Shown here piece by piece: positions 31,401-42,035 of a stretch of DNA of 64,000 bases. Both the position numbers and the translations under genes were made by a program. The notes under the pieces are model-generated. The model was not told the origin of the DNA. It did no database searches and worked only from the letters and a program-made list of their open reading frames with translations. Each line of letters begins with the position of its first letter. The stretch's first letter is position 1. The stretch is from an uncultured bacterium (GTDB taxonomy: Bacteria > Eisenbacteria > RBG-16-71-46), in assembly GCA_964542745.1 (NCBI GenBank), contig CAZIVR010000002.1, positions 27,300-91,299 on the forward strand, written 5' to 3'.

Positions 31401-31983
31401 CGAGGTGCTCGCGCTGCTCACGCGGCTCCGGCAGGTGTGCTGCCACCCCGCGCTCGTCGGGGGCCGCGAGGACCTGGGCTCGGGGAAATTCGACGCGCTT
31501 TTCGAGCTGCTCGAGCCGATCCTCGCCGAGGGCCGCAAGGTCCTGCTCTTCTCGCAGTTCGTCGAGTGCCTGAAGCTGATCGAGTCGGCGATGCGCCAGC
31601 GCGGCATCCGCCACCACGTGCTGACCGGCGCCACCACCCGCCGCGAGCGGGTGGTGGGGGCGTTCGAGACCGATCCCGAGCCGTGCGTGTTCCTGATCTC
31701 GCTGAAGGCGGGCGGCACCGGCCTCAACCTCACCGCCGCGCAGTACGTGATCCTGTTCGACCCGTGGTGGAACCCGGCGGTCGAGGCGCAGGCCATCGAC
31801 CGCACCCACCGCATCGGGCAGACCCGCACCGTGATCGCGTACCGGCTGATGGCCGCCGGCACGGTGGAGGAGAAGATCTGGGAGCTGCAGCGGCGCAAGC
31901 AGCGCCTCGTGAAAGAAGTGCTCGGCGAGGACGGCTTCGCGCGCACGCTCAAGCCCGAGGACCTCGACTACCTGCTCGGCTAG
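28480..31983 (+). CDS. SWIM zinc-finger + SNF2-family helicase (RapA/YwqA-like)
   Basis: N-terminal SWIM motif CTCPAGPWCKH. SNF2 ATPase motifs LRPYQREGLDFL, DDMGLGKTVQAL, DEAQNVKN. Helicase C domain GGTGLNLTAAQYVILFDPWWNPAVEAQAIDRTHRIGQ. Confidence 0.8.
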   Translation: MTSTPSPDGIAGPFLSDVRTESRRLPSTIRDRGRAYLREGRVGPLEIRPDRVSAAVRGTRTYRTSWTWDGQIATPRCTCPAGPWCKHAFALAAAMEDSANDRAAVARPPRERSPWNPPPGEGADAAVASDLAEWARRRNEPHDRSLRVVAGVDDGFDGDPAVWIEVRLTGPHLRDAPRSRRHLQSLASELAMNRAILAPPHARLLLLLSRLLPESRGFDETRIALGAGALNRLLDSFSGSPLVTWDEAAEDAPRGGVTPGARLRLGDVPVDLVPVSAGEGPAPRLTLAARWPDGATATLDEFVFLGSEDELNPSLVLHHGAFWRVAEAPPAHVVRRMVAGGGLDMPKSGRERFVRALAEGFSDVSGALGSHMIVHRARPLVTLELGLDDWLHVRLFAHTAGADWVPGAPAGPGVAFELDAQGEWIRIPDPGPALELREELTELAAASGADAAPPGADPGPAPGPAGDPADPAGAETGAEDPGDVAPEARDVWVEVPDPEPLEPVREWLASLPFAHGGARLAKRKARDPQLAERGAWIFLGPNKVNEVATAWARRPGGVRYLGNALARGLLAGPRLVRTRVSVTSSGVDFFTISAEWRAEGMSLTEADLARLRGSRSRFVKLSGGWVGRDVVDSLDAEAGLLADLGIAVGEGEQRVTLAQLAQARPESLDALDGMGADPATLGEVRRLREAVRSFKGLPRVPVPARLKAKLRPYQREGLDFLAFVTGLGLGAVLADDMGLGKTVQALAWIEWLRERDPDGGPVLVVCPASVVHNWQRESERFTPHLRVLELASGEERHTLRREVPEHDLVVTNYALFRRDIEHWRKIPLRAAILDEAQNVKNPKAAVSRAALELDARHRLALTGTPIENRALDLWSIMNFVNPGYLGRRSDFVARYDHPEAPPFARRLLAARLRPVLVRRLKEQVARDLPDRIEERLECDLTSGQRKLYLAELMRGRESLERLKRAPGGLERGRIEVLALLTRLRQVCCHPALVGGREDLGSGKFDALFELLEPILAEGRKVLLFSQFVECLKLIESAMRQRGIRHHVLTGATTRRERVVGAFETDPEPCVFLISLKAGGTGLNLTAAQYVILFDPWWNPAVEAQAIDRTHRIGQTRTVIAYRLMAAGTVEEKIWELQRRKQRLVKEVLGEDGFARTLKPEDLDYLLG

Positions 31984-32043
31984 CGTGCGTGCGGGAGCCG
32001 GCCGCGCGCGGGGAGCCGCCGCGCGACGCCCCGCGGCCCGGCC

Positions 32044-32730
32044 TCAGGGCAGGGTGAGCGACCCGGTCGTCGAGCGGGCGAGCGCGTCGGGCCCGCGCGT
32101 GGCGGTGACCTGCCACAGCACGCGGCCCCCGGGCGGGAGGCCGGCGGGCAGGGCGCCGCGCCGCAGGTCGAGGCGGGTTGCGGTCAGTCCCTCGACGCGG
32201 GCGATCTCGACGAGGTCGGGCGAGGAGAACACGACGGTGTACGCGTCGGCCTCGGGCGCGGCGGACCACTCGAGGCGCAGCGTCCCGTCCGGGAGCGCGA
32301 GCGCGCGGGTCCCGGCCACGGCCCCGGCCGCCACCGAGTCGGCGCCGCGCAGCACCGGTTCGCCGGCCCGGCGCGGGGCGAGCCCCATCCACAGCCCGCC
32401 CGCCACCACCGCGAGCGCGGCCGCCCCCCACGCGAGCCGCGCGGGTGGGGCCAGCAGCGCCCGCCAGAATCCGCCGCCGGTCCGCGTGGCGGCGGGGGCC
32501 CGCGTCGTCCCGGGCTCCCCGGACAGCCCCAGCTCGCGATCGAGCGCCGCGCCGAGCCGCGCCTCCGCCTCCGGCACGCGCGCCCCGGCGGACGCCCCGG
32601 CGGCCATGAACTCGAGGTAGGCGCGGAGCCGCGCCCGCGTCGGGGTGTCGAGCGCCGCGAGACGCGGGTCGTCCGGCGGCAGGCCGGCCAGCTCGGCCAG
32701 GTCCTGCGGTTCCCGGGGGGGCCGGTTCAT
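32044..32730 (-). CDS. Anti-sigma factor (single-pass membrane, zf-HC2-less type)
   Basis: The ATG overlaps the stop of the ECF sigma gene (ATGA), with GGGAGGAAGG immediately upstream. A central TM helix is present (LAWGAAALAVVAGGLWMGL). Confidence 0.6.
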   Translation of the reverse strand: MNRPPREPQDLAELAGLPPDDPRLAALDTPTRARLRAYLEFMAAGASAGARVPEAEARLGAALDRELGLSGEPGTTRAPAATRTGGGFWRALLAPPARLAWGAAALAVVAGGLWMGLAPRRAGEPVLRGADSVAAGAVAGTRALALPDGTLRLEWSAAPEADAYTVVFSSPDLVEIARVEGLTATRLDLRRGALPAGLPPGGRVLWQVTATRGPDALARSTTGSLTLP

Positions 32731-33314
32731 CCTTCCTCCCTGGCGCGGCGCGCGAGGGCCGCGCGCAGCTTTTCCCGAGCGCTCTGGAGCACGCTCCGGG
32801 CGCCCGAGGCGTGGGTGAGCCCGAGCAGGCGCGTGATGTCCCCGACCGGAAGCCGCTCGAAGCAGCGCAGCCAGATCGCTTCGGCCTCGAGCGGACTCAG
32901 CGACTCCTTCACCAGCGCCTCCATGGCCTCCTCCTCCTCGCGAGCCAGCAGCAGCGCGGGCGGGTCCTCGTGCTGGATCAGCAGCTCGATCGGATCGGCC
33001 CGCGGGTCCCGCCGCAGGCTCTTCGGCCTGAGCGCGGTGAGGCACTCGTTCCGCACGATCGAGAACAGCCACGACGAAAAACGGCTCTTGCCCTCGAATC
33101 CGGGCAGCGATCTCCACGCCTTGAGCAGCGAATCCTGCGCCAGGTCGAGCGCCCGCTCGTGATCCCCCACCATGCGGTAGCACCACGCGTAGGCGCGGGC
33201 CCGGTAGCGACCGAGCAGTGTCCCCGCCGCCCGCCGTCCGGCGGGCTCTCCGGGCGCCGAGCGGAACGCGCGCAGGAGGTCCTCGTCCTCCGGTTCCTCG
33301 CGCGAAGTGTTCAT
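32727..33314 (-). CDS. ECF-type RNA polymerase sigma-70 factor
   Basis: 195 aa with a sigma-70 region 2 (LDLAQDSLLKAWRSL...FSSWLFSIVRNECL) and a region 4 HTH (LPVGDITRLLGLTHASGARSVLQSAREKLRAAL). The ATG overlaps the stop of the upstream CHAT gene. Confidence 0.85.
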   Translation of the reverse strand: MNTSREEPEDEDLLRAFRSAPGEPAGRRAAGTLLGRYRARAYAWCYRMVGDHERALDLAQDSLLKAWRSLPGFEGKSRFSSWLFSIVRNECLTALRPKSLRRDPRADPIELLIQHEDPPALLLAREEEEAMEALVKESLSPLEAEAIWLRCFERLPVGDITRLLGLTHASGARSVLQSAREKLRAALARRAREEG

Positions 33315-36031
33315 CGGTTCAGACGATCCTCGGGGCCCGGCGTCAGGCGCCGCCCGACCGGAACCCGGACGCCGCCTTCCCCGGACGCCGCAAACGCGGC
33401 CCAGTTCCGGACCTGCGCGGTTTCGCGGCGGGCCCGCAGGCGGCCCTGCGCCTCGCCCACCGCCCCGGCGACCGTCGCCCCGCGCGCGAGCGCGGCGTAG
33501 AACTCGGCCATGAACCGCTCGGCGACGCGGTCCTCGACCGGCCACAGCGTGGCCACGACGCTCGAGGTGCCGGAGCAGAGGAACGCCCCGGCGAGCCCGA
33601 GGGCGCCCTCTCCGGAGAGGGTCGTGGCGCCGGCCGACTGGCAGCCCGACAGCACCGCGAGCCGGGCGCGCAGCTTCATCCCCGCGATCCGCGAGGCGCG
33701 CAGGTAGGCGCCGTCGCCCGCGCCGCGCCCGAGCAGGAAGCCCGAGCGCCACGGGCTGCCGGACACGGCCTCGGCGTGCGCCGCGAAGTGGAGCACGCCC
33801 CAGCGCGGCAGGTCGGCGATCAGCTCGGCCACGTCGAGCTCGCCGCCGTTGGCGCGCACCTCGGCCCCGAACCCGTCGCGGAGCGCGCGCAGCTCGCGTC
33901 CGACGCCGGGAAGCTCGCGGCCGCGCGCGTCGGTGGTGCGGCCCAGCGCGAGCAGCCCGCGCGGGCCGCCCGGGGCGCGCGCCGCGGCGCGCAGCGCGGC
34001 GAGCAGCGTGGCCGACGGCACGGTCGAGACCTCGCGCGACTCGCCGAGCGGCGCGGTTTCGCCCGGCGGGGCCAGCGCCGCGAGCGGCCACAGCGCGACC
34101 GGCCCGCCGCCCGAGAGGATCACGGCGCGGCTCGGGCGGATCGCGGCCGCGGCCGGCCCGAGCAGCTCCGCCGCGAGGCGGCCGAGCCCGGCGGCCACCA
34201 CGTCGTCCGCGGCGCCCGCGAGGGCGGCCTCCCTCCAGGCCGCGTGCAACCGCTCGAGCCGCGGGGCCGCCGGGAGCAGGCGCGCGCCGATGCCGCCGCG
34301 GGAAACCAGGAAGAGGAACGTGGTGTCGTCGGTCGCCACCACGTCCAGCAGCAGCTCGCCCTCCCTCAGCACCCCGCGGCGCAGCGAGTCGGCGGTGACC
34401 CGCCCGCGCATGCCGGCGCCGGCCAGGCCCCGGCCGGCGAGCCGCTCCTCGAGCGTGCGGGCCTGGAACGTCTGGAGCGCGTCGAACGCTTCGCGCGCGC
34501 GCCGGGCGGACGTTCCGCCGCGGCCCGGGTCGAGCAGCGCGAGCCCGTACTCCGCGAACAGCGAGGAGAGGCTCGCGCCCATCCGCTCCCGCCATTCGAA
34601 GTCGGATACCCCGCCGCGCCAGCGCTCCCACTGGCGGACCGCGCGCCCCAGCACCGCAACCGCGCTGTCCGGCGCCCCCAGCGCGCGGTGGCAGCGCGCC
34701 AGCTCGAGGGCGGCCTCGAGCGCGAACGGCGACGCCTCGCGCGCGGCGCGGGCGCCGCGCTCCGCCGCGCGCGCCTCGGGCAGGGCTTCCCGCGCCCGGC
34801 CCTGGGCGCGGCGGGCGGCGCTTCGTTCGACGCGCGCGGCGTGCAGGTCGTCGCGCGACAGCTTCGCGCGCGCGCCCGGGGCGAGCAGCGAATCCATGAG
34901 CCGCTCGGACTCGGCGGCGCGGCCGGTCTCGCGGAGCAGCGCGGCCAGGTCGAGGGCCGAACCCTCCCGGATCAGGGCGTCGTCCACGGCCGCGGCGCGC
35001 AGCGCCCGGTAGATCCGCTCGGCCTCGGCCGAGCGGCCGAGCCGGCGCTGGAGCAACGCCTGCTCGCCCAGCACGGCCAGGAGCACGCCGGGATTGCCCT
35101 CCCGCTCGGCGTCGGTCCGCAGCCGCTCGAGCAGCGCGCGCGCCTCGTCGAGGCGGCCGATCGAGCGCAGCGCGTGGGCCCGGTTCACGCGCGCGCTGAT
35201 CGCGCTCGCCCGGTTCTCGGCGCTGTCGAAGGCCGCCGCCGCGTACTCCCAGTAACGGTCGGCGAGCGAGGCGTCCCCGCCCAGGAACTCGAGGTTGCCG
35301 AGATCGTTGAGCGTCGCCGCCTCGGTCCACCGGTCCCTGCGGATCCGCGCCTCGTCGAGCAGCACCAGGAACGTGTCGCGCGCCTCGTCGTGGCGGCCGA
35401 CGCGGTTCTCCACCTCGGCCAGCAGGAAACGCGTGTGCCGGCTCTCGAAGCGGTCGCGGGGCAGCAGCCGGACCGCCTCCCCGAGGTGGCGGCGCGCGTC
35501 GGCGTAGCGGCCGTCCTCCTTCGCGATGAAACCGAGCCCGCGGTGGGCGAACCCGAGGATCCCGGGCAGGCCCGCGGCGCGGGCGAGCGGCACCACGCGC
35601 TCGTACTCGCGCCGCGTCTCCGCGAGCCGGCCCATCACGTTGGCGCCGTGCGCCCGGGCCGCGAGGACGCGGGCCAGCCCCGCGCTGTCGCGGAGGGCGA
35701 GCGCGAGCGTCCACGCCGTGTCGAGATCCGGCTTCGCTTCGTCGATCCGGTAGAAGTTGGCGAGCTTGCGGCCGCGCCACAGGTGCACGGCGGTCCGCAG
35801 CGTGCGGTCGCGGGAGGCCCGCGCCGAGCGGATCAGCGAGTCGCAGTAGTCGGAGGCCCCCTCGCGAGACCGGTTCCAGACCGAGTCGGCGGCCGGCGTG
35901 ATCTCCGCGAGGCGGCGCTCGACCGGCCAGTGCCGGGAGCGGTCGGGAAGCGGGCCCGTGGCGAGCGCCGCGGGCGCGCCGAGCAACGCGCAACCGACGA
36001 GGAGCGTGAGGGATGACGGGAGTCGGCGCAT
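33311..36031 (-). CDS. TPR-repeat + CHAT-domain (caspase-like) protein with signal peptide
   Basis: Signal peptide MRRLPSSLTLLVGCALLGAPAALA. Long TPR-like helical repeats. The C-terminal CHAT domain carries a His/Cys dyad context (LHFAAHAE...LAVLSGCQSAG). Confidence 0.7.
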   Translation of the reverse strand: MRRLPSSLTLLVGCALLGAPAALATGPLPDRSRHWPVERRLAEITPAADSVWNRSREGASDYCDSLIRSARASRDRTLRTAVHLWRGRKLANFYRIDEAKPDLDTAWTLALALRDSAGLARVLAARAHGANVMGRLAETRREYERVVPLARAAGLPGILGFAHRGLGFIAKEDGRYADARRHLGEAVRLLPRDRFESRHTRFLLAEVENRVGRHDEARDTFLVLLDEARIRRDRWTEAATLNDLGNLEFLGGDASLADRYWEYAAAAFDSAENRASAISARVNRAHALRSIGRLDEARALLERLRTDAEREGNPGVLLAVLGEQALLQRRLGRSAEAERIYRALRAAAVDDALIREGSALDLAALLRETGRAAESERLMDSLLAPGARAKLSRDDLHAARVERSAARRAQGRAREALPEARAAERGARAAREASPFALEAALELARCHRALGAPDSAVAVLGRAVRQWERWRGGVSDFEWRERMGASLSSLFAEYGLALLDPGRGGTSARRAREAFDALQTFQARTLEERLAGRGLAGAGMRGRVTADSLRRGVLREGELLLDVVATDDTTFLFLVSRGGIGARLLPAAPRLERLHAAWREAALAGAADDVVAAGLGRLAAELLGPAAAAIRPSRAVILSGGGPVALWPLAALAPPGETAPLGESREVSTVPSATLLAALRAAARAPGGPRGLLALGRTTDARGRELPGVGRELRALRDGFGAEVRANGGELDVAELIADLPRWGVLHFAAHAEAVSGSPWRSGFLLGRGAGDGAYLRASRIAGMKLRARLAVLSGCQSAGATTLSGEGALGLAGAFLCSGTSSVVATLWPVEDRVAERFMAEFYAALARGATVAGAVGEAQGRLRARRETAQVRNWAAFAASGEGGVRVPVGRRLTPGPEDRLNR

Positions 36032-36288
36032 GGCGAGGGCGCGGCCCTTCGGGCGCCGGCACGGCGATCGGCGGGTCCGCGGGGCGAGGGTAGCACGGGG
36101 TGGGTGGACGTGGCCCAAATCCCGCCGGGCCCGCGCCGTGGATCACCGCTCCGGCCGGGTTCGAGCGGCGCGGCGACCACCGGACTCCGGTCGCGGCTGA
36201 TTTCCGGAGACCCAGGTCGTCACAGGGGCACGGCCAGACGGGCGAGGGCCGCCGCCCGTCCGAGGCCGACCCCAGGTGGAGGTCGCTC

Positions 36289-38271
36289 ATGAGCCCATTC
36301 GGCAGCATTCCGCCGCGCGCCGCGCGGCGGTGGCTGGTCGCCGCGGCGATCGCCGCGGCCGCGCTCGGGCTCGCCTCGTGCGGCGGGAAGTCGAGCCCGG
36401 CCGCCCCCGACGCGGGCCCGGGACCGGGCCCGGGACCGGGCCCCGGCGGCGGATCGTCGCCCGGGGACAGCGCGCGCTGGGCGGTGATCGACGGGGCCTC
36501 GAGCCTCTATCACTCGCTGCGCGGCGACCCGACGCGCGACGCGGCGACGCTCGCCTACCTCACGGCCCAGCCCAACGTGGAGGCCGCCGGGGTCTCGGAC
36601 TCGCTCGACAACCTGTGGGCGCGCTTCGACGACGAGCGCCTGCTGCTCCTGATCGACAACCGGCTGCCCGCCGTGCCCGTGCCGCCCTCGCCGGCGCGCG
36701 AGGGGCAGCGGCGGCTCGCCGAGCGCCTCGCCATGCCGCCGCCGCTCGGGAGCGAGCTTCCGGTCTCCGACAAGGCGCGGCTGATGAACTCGCTCGAGCC
36801 GAGCTGGCACTCGTCGGTGGGGCCGATCGGGACCATGCTCGGCACTTCGGGCTACGCCGTCTCGACGCCGGCTTCGGGGCTCGCCGAGCTCGCCGCGGTG
36901 CAGGGGGACGGGGTCTTCTACTGGGCGTCGCACGCGGGCGAGGGCAACGACCGGCAGGGAAACGGCGTGTTCGGCATCTGGACGCAGTCGCTGTGCGACT
37001 CGGTGCGCGACCGGGTGAGCCCGGTGTCCGGGCACTGGGGCGCGAAGGAGATCTGCTACGCCTGCACCGGCGTCTACCAGCCGGACGGCAGCGTCCGGAA
37101 CGAGTGCCACTACGCGATCACCCCCGAGTTCATCCGCAACAAGATGAGCTTTTCGGCCAACAGCCTCGTCTACATCGACGCCTGCACCTCGGCCAAGCAG
37201 GAGGTGCGCGACGCGTTCTTCGCCCGGGGCGCGGGCCTCTACTGCGGCTGGGACGTGCTCACGTCCGGGAGTTCGTGGATCGTCGGGGAGACGCTCTTCG
37301 ACCTTCTCTGCGGCGCCGACCACGTGGTGCCGCAGACGCCGCGCCAGCGGCCGTTCCTGTTCGACTGGGTGCGCGAGTGGATGGTGAGCCAGCAGAAGAA
37401 CCGGGACCCGGGGGGCACGGCCCGCCTCTACATGAACCGCAACCCCACGAACCCGACCTTCGGACTGCTGCGGCCCACGATCTTCCGGCTGTTCGTCCAC
37501 AACGCCCCCTCCGACCCCCAGGACTACCTGGAGATCGAGGGCGACTTCGGGCTCGATCCCGGGGCGGCGAACCGCGCGGTCACGATCGGAGGCGTGGCGC
37601 TCACCGGCGTGGTGTGGGGCGAGCACCTGATCACCGTGCCCCTGCCGCTCACCGGCGCCTCGTCCCACGGCGACGTGACCGTGAGCGTGCGCGGGCACCT
37701 GAGCAACGTCGCGCAGCTCACCCGCTGGGTGGTGCCGTTCGTCTACCGCCGTTACGGACCCGGCTCGCTCCAGCAGGAGATCCACGCGAACTACGTGGTG
37801 CGCGGCGACGCCAGCAACTACCGCAACATTCCCTACGCCATCCCCAACGGCTTCCCGCACGCCGTGGTCTCCAGCAAGGCCAGCGGGGGGTCGTTCCTGA
37901 TGAGCGGCATCTACCGGCCCGACCCGGACCACTACATCAAGTGGCTGGGTTCCGGAACGCTCGGCGCGCCGACGACGATCCCGCAGGCCACGCAGCCGGG
38001 GCACGTGCTCGGCGCGGGAAACCTCAACCCCGGCGCGCGCACCATCGCCTCGTTCCAGCCGCAGGCCTACGCGACCTACACCATCGAGACCGAGTCGAGC
38101 AGCTCCACGGCGACCGCGTCGATCTCGCCGTTCACCACGGTCACGCTCACGTTCGGCACGAACTACGTGATCCGGGCGGACAGCACGAGCGTTTCCCTCT
38201 CGGACGGCAGCGCCACGCTGCGCTGGGGGCCGGCCACCCCGGCCGCGCCGTTCAACGACGGCGGGCGCTAG
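36289..38271 (+). CDS. Hypothetical lipoprotein
   Basis: Lipobox LGLASC in MSPFGSIPPRAARRWLVAAAIAAAALGLASCGG, followed by a GPGPGPGPGPGG linker. GGAGG 7 nt upstream of ATG 36289. Confidence 0.55.
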   Translation: MSPFGSIPPRAARRWLVAAAIAAAALGLASCGGKSSPAAPDAGPGPGPGPGPGGGSSPGDSARWAVIDGASSLYHSLRGDPTRDAATLAYLTAQPNVEAAGVSDSLDNLWARFDDERLLLLIDNRLPAVPVPPSPAREGQRRLAERLAMPPPLGSELPVSDKARLMNSLEPSWHSSVGPIGTMLGTSGYAVSTPASGLAELAAVQGDGVFYWASHAGEGNDRQGNGVFGIWTQSLCDSVRDRVSPVSGHWGAKEICYACTGVYQPDGSVRNECHYAITPEFIRNKMSFSANSLVYIDACTSAKQEVRDAFFARGAGLYCGWDVLTSGSSWIVGETLFDLLCGADHVVPQTPRQRPFLFDWVREWMVSQQKNRDPGGTARLYMNRNPTNPTFGLLRPTIFRLFVHNAPSDPQDYLEIEGDFGLDPGAANRAVTIGGVALTGVVWGEHLITVPLPLTGASSHGDVTVSVRGHLSNVAQLTRWVVPFVYRRYGPGSLQQEIHANYVVRGDASNYRNIPYAIPNGFPHAVVSSKASGGSFLMSGIYRPDPDHYIKWLGSGTLGAPTTIPQATQPGHVLGAGNLNPGARTIASFQPQAYATYTIETESSSSTATASISPFTTVTLTFGTNYVIRADSTSVSLSDGSATLRWGPATPAAPFNDGGR

Positions 38272-38277
38272 GGGGCG

Positions 38278-40383
<2,106 letters not shown>

Positions 40384-40385
40384 CG

Positions 40386-41603
40386 TCAGCCCGCGAAGAG
40401 CTGGAGGTCGGTGCCGAAGCGGTCGGCGATCTCGATGCAGCGGTCGAGTTCGGCGTGCCGCACGATCACCATGCCGTCCGAGATCAGCGTCTGCATCGGG
40501 TCGCGGCGCGGGGCGCCCACCGGCAGCAGGTCCACCACGCACACGTGGGGGCCGTACTCGGCCATCAGCCGGCCGAGCCCCTCGATGCGCTGGATGCGCC
40601 CCTCGCCCTGCGCGCGCTTGAAGACGGAGGCGCAGTTGTACTTCCGCGTCACCGGTTCGTGCAGCCGTCCGCGCAGGGCGGCCTCGGCCCAGCCGCGGAA
40701 CAGGTCGGTGTCGCTCGCGAAGTTCATGATGTCCACGGTGTAGGCGCCGGGCGGGCGCGCGGCGATCTCGCCGAACACCGCCTCGCCATCGGCCTTGCGG
40801 TGCCATTCCATGTGCGTGAACCCGGTGCGGAAGTTCATGGCCTCGAGCACGGCGAGGCCGAGCTTCTTCCCGTTCTCGAGGTACGGCACGTCGGGGTCCT
40901 TGAGCGCGACGGTCTGCGGGCTCACCCACAGCAGCGTGCGCGACACCAGCGGGCGCGGCCGGTAGGCGCAGATGTTGTAGAACAGGACCTTGCCGTCGGC
41001 GCACACCGTGTCGAACGTGAACTCCTCGCCCTCGATGAACTCCTCGACGCTCACGTGGGGCACGTGGCGCGTCAGTTCGAGCACGCGCTTCAGCTCGGCC
41101 GCGTCGTTCACCCGGTGGGTGTCGGCCGAGCCCGCCCCGGCGATGGGCTTGAGGATCGCGGGGTAGCCGATGCGCTCGATCGCGGCCTCGACCTCGGCCA
41201 CGGTGTGGGCCCGCGCGTGGCGCGGCACGCGGATCCCCGCGCCGTCGAGGACCTGCTTCATGGTCTCCTTGTCGCGGAACGGCACGGTCTCGGCGACGGT
41301 CATGCCCGGGAGCCCGAGTTGCTCGCGCACGCGCGCCGCCAGCACCATGAGCGGCTCCCAGAGGCACTCGACCTGGTGGATGCGCACGCGGTTCGCGAGG
41401 TCCCGGACCTGCGCGAGCACCGCGTCCTCGTTCGCGAAGCCGCCGCACTGCACGTACATCGCGAGATTTCGCCGCGCGACCTCGGGGAGCGCCGACTCGT
41501 GCTGGTCCCCGAGCCCGATCACGCGCGCGCCGGCCTCGGCGAGGCCGCGGGTGAACTTGGGGCTCTCGGGGGGATATCCGGGGGAGAGGTAGAGGACGTT
41601 CAT
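40386..41603 (-). CDS. ATP-grasp domain ligase (paralog 1 of 3)
   Basis: 405 aa. The N-terminus MNVLYLSPGYPPESPKF is shared with paralogs 2 and 3. An ATP-grasp core is present (GYPAILKPIAGAGSADTHRV...EEFIEGEEFTFD). Confidence 0.7.
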   Translation of the reverse strand: MNVLYLSPGYPPESPKFTRGLAEAGARVIGLGDQHESALPEVARRNLAMYVQCGGFANEDAVLAQVRDLANRVRIHQVECLWEPLMVLAARVREQLGLPGMTVAETVPFRDKETMKQVLDGAGIRVPRHARAHTVAEVEAAIERIGYPAILKPIAGAGSADTHRVNDAAELKRVLELTRHVPHVSVEEFIEGEEFTFDTVCADGKVLFYNICAYRPRPLVSRTLLWVSPQTVALKDPDVPYLENGKKLGLAVLEAMNFRTGFTHMEWHRKADGEAVFGEIAARPPGAYTVDIMNFASDTDLFRGWAEAALRGRLHEPVTRKYNCASVFKRAQGEGRIQRIEGLGRLMAEYGPHVCVVDLLPVGAPRRDPMQTLISDGMVIVRHAELDRCIEIADRFGTDLQLFAG

Positions 41604-42035
41604 CGGTGTTCGCAATGTCGCACGGGCCGCCCCGCGGCCACAAACCGCCGCCTCGCGCCGCCGCAACGGCCTGACGCCGAGTCCCTTGCACGATTCCCGA
41701 TTCCGTCGTTGACAGCGGCGTGCCGGGGGCGCAGGTTGCGGACGGCGAGAGGCGGCGTGCGCAGGGCCCCGAAACCGCCGCGCGCGCCGCTTCGCCACGG
41801 GGGAACTGTGCCGCCGCCCCACGAGCCACGGAACGTCCATCCGCGGGCTCGGTCGCTGCCCCGACGTCCAGCCGCGGGTTCCGATCGTCGCCGGGCCGCT
41901 CCGTGCCCGGTTCCTCCGCCCGCCCGCGCGCCCCCGGATCCCGCGTCCCGCCTCGCGCCCCGCGCGAACCGTCAGGGACGACCCCTCGGAAGATGGATCT
42001 CGCGCCGCAACCTTTCCGAGACTCGGAGGTGAGTC

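Noticed and set aside
36032-36288. ECF promoter for the CHAT-sigma operon in the divergent intergenic region
   Set aside because: No clean GGAAC-N16-GTC pair is found on the relevant strand. It is left uncalled.
36415-36450. ccgggaccgggcccgggaccgggccccggc tandem repeat
   Set aside because: It encodes a (GP)n linker inside the lipoprotein gene. This is a low-complexity coding repeat, not an independent element.
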